NCBI GenBank assembly: GCA_050950825.1
Contig: JBMNIH010000004.1
Span: forward strand, 96,001-160,000
Length of the DNA stretch: 64,000 bases
From: Clostridia bacterium
GTDB lineage: Bacteria; Bacillota; Clostridia; JAAYHZ01
Reading direction: 5' to 3'
Shown here one piece after another: positions 29,824 to 39,570 of the stretch. Each line of letters opens with the position of its first letter. The stretch's first letter is position 1. Under the pieces are notes generated by a model, which searched no databases, was not told the DNA's origin, and worked only from the letters and a program-made list of their open reading frames with translations. The translations under genes were made by a program, and so were the position numbers.

Positions 29824-30369
29824 TTGAGGATTGAGAATAAAGCATGGGAGGATGCGATCATCGCGCTTTCGAAAGGAGATAAAGAAGCTCTATCGGTTTT
29901 GTATGACTTATCCGCTCGTATGATCTTTTCCACGGCTTTGGGCATAACCGGAAACGTTCATGACGCGGAAGACGTGCTGCAGAACACCATGATGGACATC
30001 ATGAAATACGCTCCTACATACCGAAAAGAAACGAGTCCGAAGGCTTGGATTTTAACGATGGTACGCCACCGTTCCATTGACCTTGTCCGAAAAAGAAAGC
30101 ATACGGTTTCCATGGAAGAGGAGCAAAAGGAGCTTTTTGCCCGTGATCCGAACCCGCTTCGCTTGGAAGTGCTTGATATGCTGGAGGTATTGGACCCGGA
30201 GGATCGGCAAATCGTTCTTTTCCGCCTGTATGTCGGAATGCCGCATAAGGAAATAGCGAAAATCTTAGGGATGAGTGCGGCAGCCGCACAGAAACGATAC
30301 CGAAGAGCCATCAAGAAGCTAAAAACCCGTTATATGGATTCGGAGGTGGATTTGCATGATAAAACGTAG
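29824..30369 (+). CDS. ECF RNA polymerase sigma factor
   Basis: DAEDVLQ, AWILTMVRHRSID, region 4 HKEIAKILGMS. Confidence 0.92.
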   Translation: MRIENKAWEDAIIALSKGDKEALSVLYDLSARMIFSTALGITGNVHDAEDVLQNTMMDIMKYAPTYRKETSPKAWILTMVRHRSIDLVRKRKHTVSMEEEQKELFARDPNPLRLEVLDMLEVLDPEDRQIVLFRLYVGMPHKEIAKILGMSAAAAQKRYRRAIKKLKTRYMDSEVDLHDKT

Positions 30370-31855
30370 GATGAAGCGGCTTTTCAAACAGCTGGATGCC
30401 GTACCTCTGCCCGAGAAGGAAAAAATATTGTCGACGGCAGGGGTACAAGGCTTCGATTACGGTGGAGAGGCTAAAAGAACACGAAAATTCTCCCTTAGAC
30501 CGATTGCGGTGCTATGCACGGTATTTCTTTTGTCGGCAGGTGCTTTCTCCGTTTATGCCGTGGCTTCCGAAATGAAGGAATACAACGAAGCCGTTACGTT
30601 TTTTAAAACGTACAATTTATCGAATGAAGACCTTTCCAGAGGAGATATCAAAAGAGTTTACCGAGACATAACGACCGGGACTTTTTCTTATGAAAAAACG
30701 GCGGATGTATTGGAGAAAAGTGCAAGCGTCATGGGATACGAGATCAATCAAGAAAAACCGACGCCCAAGGACGTGGAAAACCTGTGGAACTTTATGAACG
30801 GCAAAGACTCGGGCAATTGGAGCCGATCCGATGACCCGTCCGTTTCGTACCGCTATTATTCCTTGGATAAGCTTGATGAAAAGAAAGAATTTCTTGTACA
30901 TGACAAAAGCGTTTTTGAAAAGTATGAAAACGACCGATTGATATGGACGGCGGAGTTTGAAAAATTTTGGATCGATAATTATACTGCCAACGACAAATAT
31001 ATTCTGGTTTACGGCGTATCTCCCGCTTATTCGACGACGCAAAAAAGATACGCTTGGATGGCCCTTATGGACCAAGAGGGAAAAATTCTTTGGGAAAAAA
31101 TGCTGAACAACGGTTTTTCGTCGGAATATATCGGGGCGGCGATAATTGAAGAGGACGGGGTGACGGTGTTTAGCAGAGGCGATTTGGAGTACCTTTGCAT
31201 GAACCGATTCGACATGAACGGAGAGCGGCAGGTGTTTAATAAAACGGAGGTCGGCAATTACGGCATATGGAACGCCGCCCGATTGGGTAACGGTTATGTG
31301 GTGCAATTGGGGAGCTATACGGAAGGCGAATATTCACGTATCGTAAAGGTGTCCGACAAAGGAGATTTGACGCAGTTCTTCTACTATGAAACCGACGAGG
31401 ACATCCATTACCGCATTACGGATATGACGGAATACGGCGGAGCTTTATTTCTCAGTGCTTATTCCGTTCCTGCTTACCATAGCGGCGGAGGAAGGCTTGA
31501 TATCGCTCCTATCCTCGACTATATTTTTAGCAACAAGCTTTTTGATATTTCAAACGAGGAATTAACCGAACGGGTACGGGACAATTTCACGGCGGTGCTT
31601 TTAAAATGCGACCCCGAAACCGGCGAACCCATGGAGTTTTATTCCGTTAAAGGTTCTTTAGGCGGCAAGCTTTCCGTAAACGATGCGGGCAATCTCGTAT
31701 GGAAGGTGGAAAGCATTACCGATACCTTCTTTTCTCCCTACACATCCGCTTTTACCATAGGAGGAGTAAGCAGCGTATATCGATACACCTTTGATAAAAG
31801 CGGACGATTATCAGGCCAAGAAAAAACGGACGAGACGGTACGGTTTTACCGATGA
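30356..31855 (+). CDS. Putative membrane-anchored anti-sigma factor with large beta-rich extracellular domain
   Basis: Overlaps sigma stop; short basic N-term, one TM (PIAVLCTVFLLSAGAFSVYAVA), beta-strand-rich remainder. Confidence 0.65.
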   Translation: MIKRRMKRLFKQLDAVPLPEKEKILSTAGVQGFDYGGEAKRTRKFSLRPIAVLCTVFLLSAGAFSVYAVASEMKEYNEAVTFFKTYNLSNEDLSRGDIKRVYRDITTGTFSYEKTADVLEKSASVMGYEINQEKPTPKDVENLWNFMNGKDSGNWSRSDDPSVSYRYYSLDKLDEKKEFLVHDKSVFEKYENDRLIWTAEFEKFWIDNYTANDKYILVYGVSPAYSTTQKRYAWMALMDQEGKILWEKMLNNGFSSEYIGAAIIEEDGVTVFSRGDLEYLCMNRFDMNGERQVFNKTEVGNYGIWNAARLGNGYVVQLGSYTEGEYSRIVKVSDKGDLTQFFYYETDEDIHYRITDMTEYGGALFLSAYSVPAYHSGGGRLDIAPILDYIFSNKLFDISNEELTERVRDNFTAVLLKCDPETGEPMEFYSVKGSLGGKLSVNDAGNLVWKVESITDTFFSPYTSAFTIGGVSSVYRYTFDKSGRLSGQEKTDETVRFYR

Positions 31856-31954
31856 TAAAAATTTTTTATAAATTTTTCACCTTCGCGAATATTTTCATAG
31901 CTTTCCTGTCTATATGGGTGAGGGGCTTTTTATTGCCGATTAGAGGAGATGCTC

Positions 31955-32512
31955 ATGGAGGACTGTAAAATCATCGAGTTGTATAACGAGAGAAACGAAG
32001 CGGCCATTCAAGAAACCGACAAAAAGTATGGCCGCATACTCTTCGGTATTGCCTTTAACCTATTGGAGAACCGTGAAGACAGCGAAGAAGTGGTTAACGA
32101 TACCTATCAAAGAACGTGGAACGCCATTCCTCCCGAGAAACCGAAGTCGTTAGGGGCTTACCTTGGGAAGATTGCCAGGAATCTTTCCATCAACAGGTGG
32201 CATGAAAAAAGGACCCAAAAACGCTTTCACGAGGCGGAAATGCTGCTGTCGGAATTAACGGACGTAATTCCCGATTCCGCAACGACGGAATCGAAAATGG
32301 ACGAAAGAGAGCTGACGGACGGCATCAACCGCCTGTTAGGACGGCTTTCGAAGGAGGACAGGGTTTTATTTTTAAAAAGGTACTGGTACGGAGAATCGGT
32401 AAAAGGATTGGCAAAAGAGTTCGATATTCCTCCTAAAAAGCTTGCAAGCCGATTGTATCGCCTTCGGCAATATTTGAAAAAAGCCTTGGAAGAGGAGGGC
32501 ATTCGATTATGA
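31955..32512 (+). CDS. ECF RNA polymerase sigma factor
   Basis: DSEEVVND, AYLGKIARNLSIN, FLKRYWYG..LYRLR. Confidence 0.92.
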   Translation: MEDCKIIELYNERNEAAIQETDKKYGRILFGIAFNLLENREDSEEVVNDTYQRTWNAIPPEKPKSLGAYLGKIARNLSINRWHEKRTQKRFHEAEMLLSELTDVIPDSATTESKMDERELTDGINRLLGRLSKEDRVLFLKRYWYGESVKGLAKEFDIPPKKLASRLYRLRQYLKKALEEEGIRL

Positions 32513-33993
32513 GGACCGGAAAAGAAGAAAGGATTTTCCGTGCTTTGACCGATATAAAGGATGAATATATTGAAGAGGCGGCGAAGACAAAGCCTGTAAA
32601 AAGGACCGGAATGCGAAGATACATGAGGCCTTTAGCCGCTTGCTTGGCCGTTGTCCTCGGTATCGGCGGTATCCTGATGATGTCCGGCTTGCTTCCCTTC
32701 GGGGGAAGCGGCGGAGGCTTTGGGCATGATGAAGGCGATACCTTCATGCATTACGAAGGACCCGTTTTGCCTTTGACGCTAATACAAGAGGATTCGGATA
32801 TATCGGCGGAGCGTAATATCGTATATGATTTTTCCTTGCCGAGGGAGGACGGTTTACGTGTTCGGGATGTCCGTATCGAGGACCGCTATATTCTCACGAA
32901 TGAATCCTATGAGAATAAAACCGTGGAGCTTCTGTATCCTTTTACGGGAAGCTTTCAAGAGCTGCAAGAGCAAATGCCGGTTGTATCCGTAGACGGAAAA
33001 ATCGTATCTTCCCGATTATCGGCGGGAGGCTATGGGGATGAGGGAGAAAAATTCTTTCGGCCGAGAGGCTTTGATGATTACCGATCTCTTTTGGAGGACG
33101 GAAGCTATCAAAAAAACGCCTTGTCTTCATACCCGCTTCCGGACCAAAGGGTGACCGTATATGCTTTTTCGGATTTCGAAGCACCGAGCGAGTATCCTGC
33201 GGCAACCTATGCCATATCCTTTACCGTTGACCCGAGCAAAACCGCCGTTTTGACCTACGGTTTTGAAGGCATGGAATTCAGGGAATCCGGTTTTCGAAGG
33301 TTCAGCTATTCCGTACCGAGAAAAGAGAACCCTTCTCATTATTCAAGAATAAAATACCTTATTGTTTTAGGAGAAGATATCGGTGATTACACCTTGAAAG
33401 GGTACAAGACGGGATCTTGCGAAGAAGACAACCTGCTTTTCGGTGTATCCGCAGCGGTAACAAGATCGGAAGAAGATCTGTCCCATGTATTAAAAGTGAT
33501 CCTCGACGATTATTTCCGGTCTTACGGTAACGGCGAGCTGCTTTCGGTGCCGCAGGATATGTTTTACGACGCCTTATCGGAATTTTTCATCCGCAGCGAT
33601 TTGTTATCGGCGCTTTATAACGGCAACTACAATTTCACGGCGATGGAGGACATCCTCATGGAAACAAAGGGGATGCAGCGTGTGTTTTATTTACGCTTTT
33701 CCGCGACGGTACAAGGAGGAGGCCGCGTAACGGTTACGGCGGATTATCGAAAAAAACCGAGCCACGATTATTCTTGCAGCCGCAAAAACAATGATATCCA
33801 AGGATACGATACGGCGACCCGATTAGGAAGCGGCCTTGCTTTCCGAAAGCTTACGGCGGAAATCGTAGAGAGCGAAAACATTGAAATTGTGCGCCAAAAC
33901 TTCGGATTTAATTTGGAAAAAGGACTGACGAAGACAGAGCTTGATCCGACCGTGGAGCGTTACTATTTGGAAATACGGCCGAAAGTTCCGTAA
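32509..33993 (+). CDS. Putative membrane-anchored anti-sigma factor
   Basis: ATGA overlap with sigma gene; N-term ALTDIKDEYIEEAA, single TM, large C-terminal domain. Confidence 0.65.
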   Translation: MRTGKEERIFRALTDIKDEYIEEAAKTKPVKRTGMRRYMRPLAACLAVVLGIGGILMMSGLLPFGGSGGGFGHDEGDTFMHYEGPVLPLTLIQEDSDISAERNIVYDFSLPREDGLRVRDVRIEDRYILTNESYENKTVELLYPFTGSFQELQEQMPVVSVDGKIVSSRLSAGGYGDEGEKFFRPRGFDDYRSLLEDGSYQKNALSSYPLPDQRVTVYAFSDFEAPSEYPAATYAISFTVDPSKTAVLTYGFEGMEFRESGFRRFSYSVPRKENPSHYSRIKYLIVLGEDIGDYTLKGYKTGSCEEDNLLFGVSAAVTRSEEDLSHVLKVILDDYFRSYGNGELLSVPQDMFYDALSEFFIRSDLLSALYNGNYNFTAMEDILMETKGMQRVFYLRFSATVQGGGRVTVTADYRKKPSHDYSCSRKNNDIQGYDTATRLGSGLAFRKLTAEIVESENIEIVRQNFGFNLEKGLTKTELDPTVERYYLEIRPKVP

Positions 33994-34038
33994 CCGTTGT
34001 TATTTGACTTTATTCGGTAAATATTGTAGGGTAGAAAA

Positions 34039-34128
34039 AGGGTTTTGTTCTGACCCTCCTTGTTTCAATGCTATAAACCGAGTATATGCAGACCCGGTTG
34101 TCCCGTTAGGAGCCGGGTCTGTATTTTT
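34039..34128 (+). ncRNA. Candidate ~90-nt small RNA with anti-SD motif
   Basis: TTGACT-N17-TAGGGT (34004-34032), CCCTCCTT at 34054-34061, strong terminator 34086-34128. Confidence 0.3.
34086..34128 (+). terminator. Intrinsic terminator
   Basis: ATGCAGACCCGGTT/AGCCGGGTCTGTAT followed by a T-run. Confidence 0.8.
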
Positions 34129-34234
34129 ATTGCCCAAATATCTGCACTATGCTATATAATGGTAGCAAAGGATTGCCGGATAAAAAGCTTCGGTTTTACC
34201 GACGGATCATAAAGCGGTAAGGAGGAAGGTAGCA

Positions 34235-36412
34235 ATGAATTGTATGGTTGACAAAAAACAAGACATCGTTATTGAAAACGAGGAGCTTCGTCTTGTCGTG
34301 GGCGAGGATTGTATCGTGAAAAGCCTGGTACATAAAGCGACGGGCGAAGAATGCTTGGTTACGGGTGAAGACATTCCGTTGTTTACGGTTACCCAAGAAA
34401 GACCCTTTAACAACGAGGTAAAGCTTGCCCATCCGAATAAAAGAACGACCTTTTGGGGGAACCGCCTTCGCCGGGAAGGGGACAAGCTTATCATCGGCTT
34501 TGAGATTACGCCCTACGAAGCCGTGGTGGCAATAAAGGAGCGGCCCCGGTATATCGGGTTTACCCTGTCCGACTTCATCGTTCATCCTACGGATTATCCC
34601 GGGCTACGAATGTCGCCGCCCCCGGTTGCGGAGTTTCGGCTTTTGCAGCTGCCTGTAAAAAACAGGGAACGCTTCGGCGAATGGCTGAACGTAAGCTGGG
34701 ATGACAAAGTGGCGGTAAACGTATTGGCTACGTCTCCTTATGCTCGAATCGAGGCGGAGCGACGTAAGGGCTATCGCGTCATGAGCGCCGATGCCGTAAG
34801 AGATGTGAAATTGAAGGGCGTAGGCGCCGCATTAATCGTCTGTGCTTCGGACAAATTGCTCGATGCCATAGCGGTCTTAGAAGAAGATTACGATCTTCCT
34901 CGAGGAGTCGAAAGCCGCCGAAGCGATATGATCAACCGATCCGCTTACTGGTCGGGCAACATCAACCCGAATAACGTGGACCTGCATATCGAGTATGCCA
35001 AAAAGGGCGGATTTAAGTGCATGCTGATGTACTACACATGCATATTCAAAGAAACGAGTACCTACCAATTGAACGGAAACTACGACTTTCGAGACGAATA
35101 TCCCAACGGCAAAGAAGACGTAAGAAAAATGCTGGATAAGATCAAAGCTGCAGGAATTACGCCCGGATTGCATTTCCTGCATACCCATATCGGCCTTTGC
35201 AGCCGTTACGTGACTCCCGTGGCAGATCATCGATTGAATATTCGAAGGACCTTTACGTTAGCAAAAGCCTTGGATAAAGACAGTACAACGGTATATGTGG
35301 AGCAAAATCCGGAAGGGACCGTTATGGCGGACCGCTGCCGTGTTTTGAAATTCGGCGGCGAGCTTATCACCTACGAAGGCTATACGACGGAGCCACCCTT
35401 TTACTTTTTCGGCTGCCAACGGGGAGCCTATTCTACCGTAGCACAGGAGCATCCTATGGGCTTGACAGGCGGAATTTTGGATATTAGCGAATTCGGTGCA
35501 GGCAGTGTGTACTTGGACCAAAATTCAAGCTTGCAAGATGAGATTGCCGATAAAATCGCCGACGTATTCAACGTGGGATTCCGGTTCGTTTACTTCGACG
35601 GCTCGGAAGGAACCAACGCTCCCTACGAATTCCATGTGCCCAATGCCCAGTACAGGGTATATAAAAAGCTGAAGCCTGCTCCCTTGTATACGGAAGGGGC
35701 CGCCAAGGCTCATTTCAGCTGGCATTTTTTAAGCGGAGGCAATGCTTTCGATGTTTTCCCGCCTGAAGTGTTCAAAGAAAAGATCGCCCAATATCCTTGC
35801 GAGGAAGCACCTCGTATGCGTCAAGATTTTACAAGGTTGAACTTCGGGTGGTGGTACTTTTGGTCCCCGGAAACACAGGCGGATATGTACGAATACGGAA
35901 CGAGCCGTGCGGCGGCTTGGGATTGCCCGGTTACCATGATGGAAAGAATCGATCGGTTTCAAACCCACCCTCGTATCGATGACATTTTTGAAGTCTTAAG
36001 GCGCTGGGAAGACGTTCGAGCGAAAAAATGGCTTACGGAAGAGCAAAAGAAAGAGCTTCGTAAGCTTGACCAAGAGCATATCCTGCTGATCAATGAGAAG
36101 AAGGAATACGAGCTGGTTCCCTATGATCGAATCGAGAACGCGGCAGGAGGAAGCAAAGACATTATTGCCTATATCTTCGAAAGAAACGAGGAACGGTTTG
36201 TCGTTTACTGGCATTCAAGGGGAAGCGGAAATTTAGAGCTTCCGCTGGACGGAAAGTGCGTGACATTGGAAAAAGAACTCGGAGACGAGCCGATACCTAT
36301 TACCGTTAAGGAGGGCGCTATTGTCATTCCTGCCGACAACCGCCGCTACTTAAGAAGCCGTTTGTCAAAAGAAGAGCTGATCGAAGCATTTAATAAAGCG
36401 AAGCTTGTATAA
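34235..36412 (+). CDS. Large hypothetical protein, possible glycoside hydrolase
   Basis: 725 aa, SD AAGGAGG; DKIKAAGITPGLH and FVYFDGSEG recall TIM-barrel glycosidase strands; no signal peptide. Confidence 0.7.
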   Translation: MNCMVDKKQDIVIENEELRLVVGEDCIVKSLVHKATGEECLVTGEDIPLFTVTQERPFNNEVKLAHPNKRTTFWGNRLRREGDKLIIGFEITPYEAVVAIKERPRYIGFTLSDFIVHPTDYPGLRMSPPPVAEFRLLQLPVKNRERFGEWLNVSWDDKVAVNVLATSPYARIEAERRKGYRVMSADAVRDVKLKGVGAALIVCASDKLLDAIAVLEEDYDLPRGVESRRSDMINRSAYWSGNINPNNVDLHIEYAKKGGFKCMLMYYTCIFKETSTYQLNGNYDFRDEYPNGKEDVRKMLDKIKAAGITPGLHFLHTHIGLCSRYVTPVADHRLNIRRTFTLAKALDKDSTTVYVEQNPEGTVMADRCRVLKFGGELITYEGYTTEPPFYFFGCQRGAYSTVAQEHPMGLTGGILDISEFGAGSVYLDQNSSLQDEIADKIADVFNVGFRFVYFDGSEGTNAPYEFHVPNAQYRVYKKLKPAPLYTEGAAKAHFSWHFLSGGNAFDVFPPEVFKEKIAQYPCEEAPRMRQDFTRLNFGWWYFWSPETQADMYEYGTSRAAAWDCPVTMMERIDRFQTHPRIDDIFEVLRRWEDVRAKKWLTEEQKKELRKLDQEHILLINEKKEYELVPYDRIENAAGGSKDIIAYIFERNEERFVVYWHSRGSGNLELPLDGKCVTLEKELGDEPIPITVKEGAIVIPADNRRYLRSRLSKEELIEAFNKAKLV

Positions 36413-36419
36413 AGTCAAA

Positions 36420-36449
36420 AAACAGGCACCGAAGTCTCGGTGCCTGTTT
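36420..36449. terminator. Bidirectional terminator
   Basis: AAACAGGCACCGA/TCGGTGCCTGTTT. Confidence 0.8.
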
Positions 36450-36479
36450 CTAAAACACTATCGTTTCATTCGTTTACTC

Positions 36480-37229
36480 TTATTCGACCTTTTCTTTGTA
36501 AAAAAGGCGGGCGGTATTTTTCCACATAATCATTTCCTTTTCTTCTTCGGAAATGTTCGCTTCCCAAACCTGTCCTTCGCTTACCAAATAGGAGCCCGGC
36601 ATATCGGTTCCGAATAGAATCCTTTTTGCGCCGACAAGCTCTACGGCGTATTCCAAGTCGTCGGCTCGAAAAACCGAACCGCAAAAGTCAATGTAGACGT
36701 TTTCGCAGTCCAATACCGGTTTAACGCCGTAATAGCAGTTCCCGGCTATATGAGCCATGATGAAGGTCCCTTCCGGATATCTTTTGGCAATGTTGGCCAC
36801 GCGCTCCGGTGTGGATTCGCATGCTCTTTGCCCGACGGTTTTTCGCCATGCATGGAGCAGGATGGGAATATCGTAGTCGATGCATTTTTCAATGAACCTA
36901 TAATTCAAAGGATCGTCGCAAAAGGTGGCAATCCAAAGCTTCATTCCGATCATTCCGCCGTCTTCCACGCATCTTTGCAAGGTGTCCATACAAGCGTCGT
37001 AGCGGGGGTTTACATGGCATAAGCCCTCCACGTAATCCGGGTACCGCTTCATAAATTTCAGTACGTAATCATTGATTCGGTTCACATCCTCAAGGTCGGG
37101 GAAATCTCCGGCCAGCCCGGATACGAATATCTTGTCGATACCGTAAAGCTCACCGGCTTTCACCATGGCCTCCATGTTCCGTTCTTCCTTCCCTTTCCAT
37201 ATGTGAACGTGCATGTCGTACTTTTTCAT
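36480..37229 (-). CDS. Amidohydrolase_2-family metallohydrolase
   Basis: DMHVH, ILLH, IMAH, ILFGTD. Confidence 0.9.
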   Translation of the reverse strand: MKKYDMHVHIWKGKEERNMEAMVKAGELYGIDKIFVSGLAGDFPDLEDVNRINDYVLKFMKRYPDYVEGLCHVNPRYDACMDTLQRCVEDGGMIGMKLWIATFCDDPLNYRFIEKCIDYDIPILLHAWRKTVGQRACESTPERVANIAKRYPEGTFIMAHIAGNCYYGVKPVLDCENVYIDFCGSVFRADDLEYAVELVGAKRILFGTDMPGSYLVSEGQVWEANISEEEKEMIMWKNTARLFYKEKVE

Positions 37230-37250
37230 TAATGGAACACCTCGTCCGCT

Positions 37251-38483
37251 TTACAGGGAAGCGGCAACCTCGGCGATGGCTTTATCCATTCTTTCAAGGG
37301 TTTCCTCGATGTCCTCGTCCTTATGAGAGTAGTTTACATAAGACGTTGAATACAAGGATACGCCGTGCTTGAACGCCGCTCTTAATATTCTTGAAGTCAA
37401 ATCCTTCGGAGCGCCTTCCGTGCTTACGAAGGTAGGACAAGGCCAAAATCCTTTGACTTGGCAAGGCACGTTGTATTTTTCAAATATCTTGTTCACCGAT
37501 GTCCACAGCTTTTCGCCGACCTTCCATAAGTATGCCGTTACGTTTTCCTTGCGGTAAAGCTCTACAACCGCCTTGCATACCGCCAAGGACAAGGTTTCGC
37601 CTCCGTTGGTGGAAGAGACCACGGCGCCTTGGGACATGACATCCATGATTTCCGCTTTGCCGCAGAATACGGATAAAGGCATACCGTTGGCCATTCCTTT
37701 TGCAAATACGGATAAATCCGGAACGACGTTGAAATATTCTTGGGCGCCGGCCGTGGCGATACGGAATCCGGTGACGATTTCGTCGTAGATCAAAAGCGCG
37801 CCGTTCTTTTGGGTGATTTCGCGCAAGAAAGGATAGAACGTAGCTCCGATTTCCATGTTGGCGTATCCTGCCGCTACGATGACGGCGGCGATTTTGCCTT
37901 CATAGACGGAAAACAGCTTTTCGACGGTAGCCGTATCTCCCCAGCCTACCGAATGGAACAGCTCGCTTACGGGAAGAGGAATTCCTTTCGGAGCACCCTT
38001 GGCTTCTTCTCTCGGGTTCAGCCTTGCACCGGCGGCGACGGTATTCAGCCAGCCGTTGTATCCGATTTGGATAATGCGATCTTTTCCGGTGTAAGCTCTG
38101 GCAATTTTTATACAAGCGGCACAGGCTTCTCCGCCGGTCTTCAAAAAGCGCACCTTTTCGGCACTCGGAATCACTTCGCAAAGAAGCTCGGCTACTTCCG
38201 CTTCAAGATAATGGGGTTGGCTAAAAACGATACCGTTTTTCAATTGCTCCATAATGGCTTGGTCCGTAACCGGGTGGCAGTAGCCTAAGGTTATGGGGCC
38301 GAGTCCGTTTTTGTAGTCGATGTATTCTTTGCCGTTGGCATCCCATATTCTGCAGCCTTTGCCTTTTACGGCTACCGTGGGTTCTTCCGGAAGCAAAAAT
38401 GCTTTCTTGGATCCGGTGCTGGAACCGCCGGATACGTATTTTTCCAGTTTTTCATACCATTGCTCGTTATTCATATTGATCAT
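37251..38483 (-). CDS. Class III PLP aminotransferase (GSA-aminomutase-like)
   Basis: KGCRIWDANGKEYID, FLKTGGEA, YDEIVTGFR, PDLSVFAKGMANG. Confidence 0.92.
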   Translation of the reverse strand: MINMNNEQWYEKLEKYVSGGSSTGSKKAFLLPEEPTVAVKGKGCRIWDANGKEYIDYKNGLGPITLGYCHPVTDQAIMEQLKNGIVFSQPHYLEAEVAELLCEVIPSAEKVRFLKTGGEACAACIKIARAYTGKDRIIQIGYNGWLNTVAAGARLNPREEAKGAPKGIPLPVSELFHSVGWGDTATVEKLFSVYEGKIAAVIVAAGYANMEIGATFYPFLREITQKNGALLIYDEIVTGFRIATAGAQEYFNVVPDLSVFAKGMANGMPLSVFCGKAEIMDVMSQGAVVSSTNGGETLSLAVCKAVVELYRKENVTAYLWKVGEKLWTSVNKIFEKYNVPCQVKGFWPCPTFVSTEGAPKDLTSRILRAAFKHGVSLYSTSYVNYSHKDEDIEETLERMDKAIAEVAASL

Positions 38484-38553
38484 GATAACCCTCCGTTTTG
38501 CTTTCTTGATTATTCGTTTTCATATTATATAAATGATGTCTCATTCTTTTCCC

Positions 38554-39501
38554 TTATTTTTCAACATGAGCGGCTTGAAAAGCCAAGGCTCGATCGAAGT
38601 ACTCATCCAAAAGCTCAATTTTGTATTCTTCGATAATATCTTCTATGGTGAATTCGTCGGTTTCCGATGTCAACAGCACGGCTCCCAAATAGCCCGGATC
38701 CAGCATCTTGATCTTGCTTCCGTACTTGGATATCGCCTTTTTTATTTTCTCTTGGTTGTAGGCCAAATGAACCACCTTGTAATCCAAGTTAATGTCATGG
38801 GTGACGTATCCGAAATAGTTGGTGGACTTTGCAATCGTTTGACCTACCGGATTAATCACGGTGTTTTCCAAGTCGATAATGGAGCCGATGAAATAGGAGC
38901 GAAGCCGGTAGGCTCGATAGTTTTGCATCAGGCCGCCGTGGTACGCAGAGGAGAATAGGATAATGTCCGGGCTTTGGGGCTTGTATTTTTCCCAAAGAGG
39001 ATCGAAGTTTAAATCAAAGCAAATGGCGCAGGCCACCTTCCCGAAATCACAGGAGATGACCTTGGCATCTTTTCCCGGAAGGATGTTGTCCTCTTCCGTT
39101 TCCCCGATGGTAGGATGGTTTTTGTTATATATTCCTACGATTTCACCGCGGGGGTTGATGATCTGCGTGGAATTCCGAAAGGTACCGTCGTCCATTTTTC
39201 TTACCGCGGAATAGGCGATATGGCAGGAATTCTTGTAGGCTTTTTCCATGAAAAAGTCACGGACTCGATTTCCCCTTACCTCATAATACTCGTGACGTCG
39301 GGGTACGGGGTAATTGTAGTATTGGTCGCAGATTTCCGGAAGCACGATTAAGTTCGGCTCATTCGGCAAAACGTTTTGCAGCAATCGATTCCAGCTGTCG
39401 ATCATACGATCGGTTTCAAGCTTTAAATCCTTGTTTAAATCTCCGGCATAATTGACGCCGCCTCTTACCGACAAGGAACTGACCCTAATATATCTTGCCA
39501 T
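38554..39501 (-). CDS. Carbon-nitrogen hydrolase (nitrilase superfamily)
   Basis: Triad context LPE, YNK, ICFD. Confidence 0.92.
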   Translation of the reverse strand: MARYIRVSSLSVRGGVNYAGDLNKDLKLETDRMIDSWNRLLQNVLPNEPNLIVLPEICDQYYNYPVPRRHEYYEVRGNRVRDFFMEKAYKNSCHIAYSAVRKMDDGTFRNSTQIINPRGEIVGIYNKNHPTIGETEEDNILPGKDAKVISCDFGKVACAICFDLNFDPLWEKYKPQSPDIILFSSAYHGGLMQNYRAYRLRSYFIGSIIDLENTVINPVGQTIAKSTNYFGYVTHDINLDYKVVHLAYNQEKIKKAISKYGSKIKMLDPGYLGAVLLTSETDEFTIEDIIEEYKIELLDEYFDRALAFQAAHVEK

Positions 39502-39570
39502 GGACAGATCTCCTTTCTCATCCGAATCACGGTTTCATCATCTTTATCGATTCGGATAGAAGATATGCAT

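Noticed and set aside
37251-38483. hemL
   Set aside because: No tetrapyrrole gene context and divergent motifs; family-level call only
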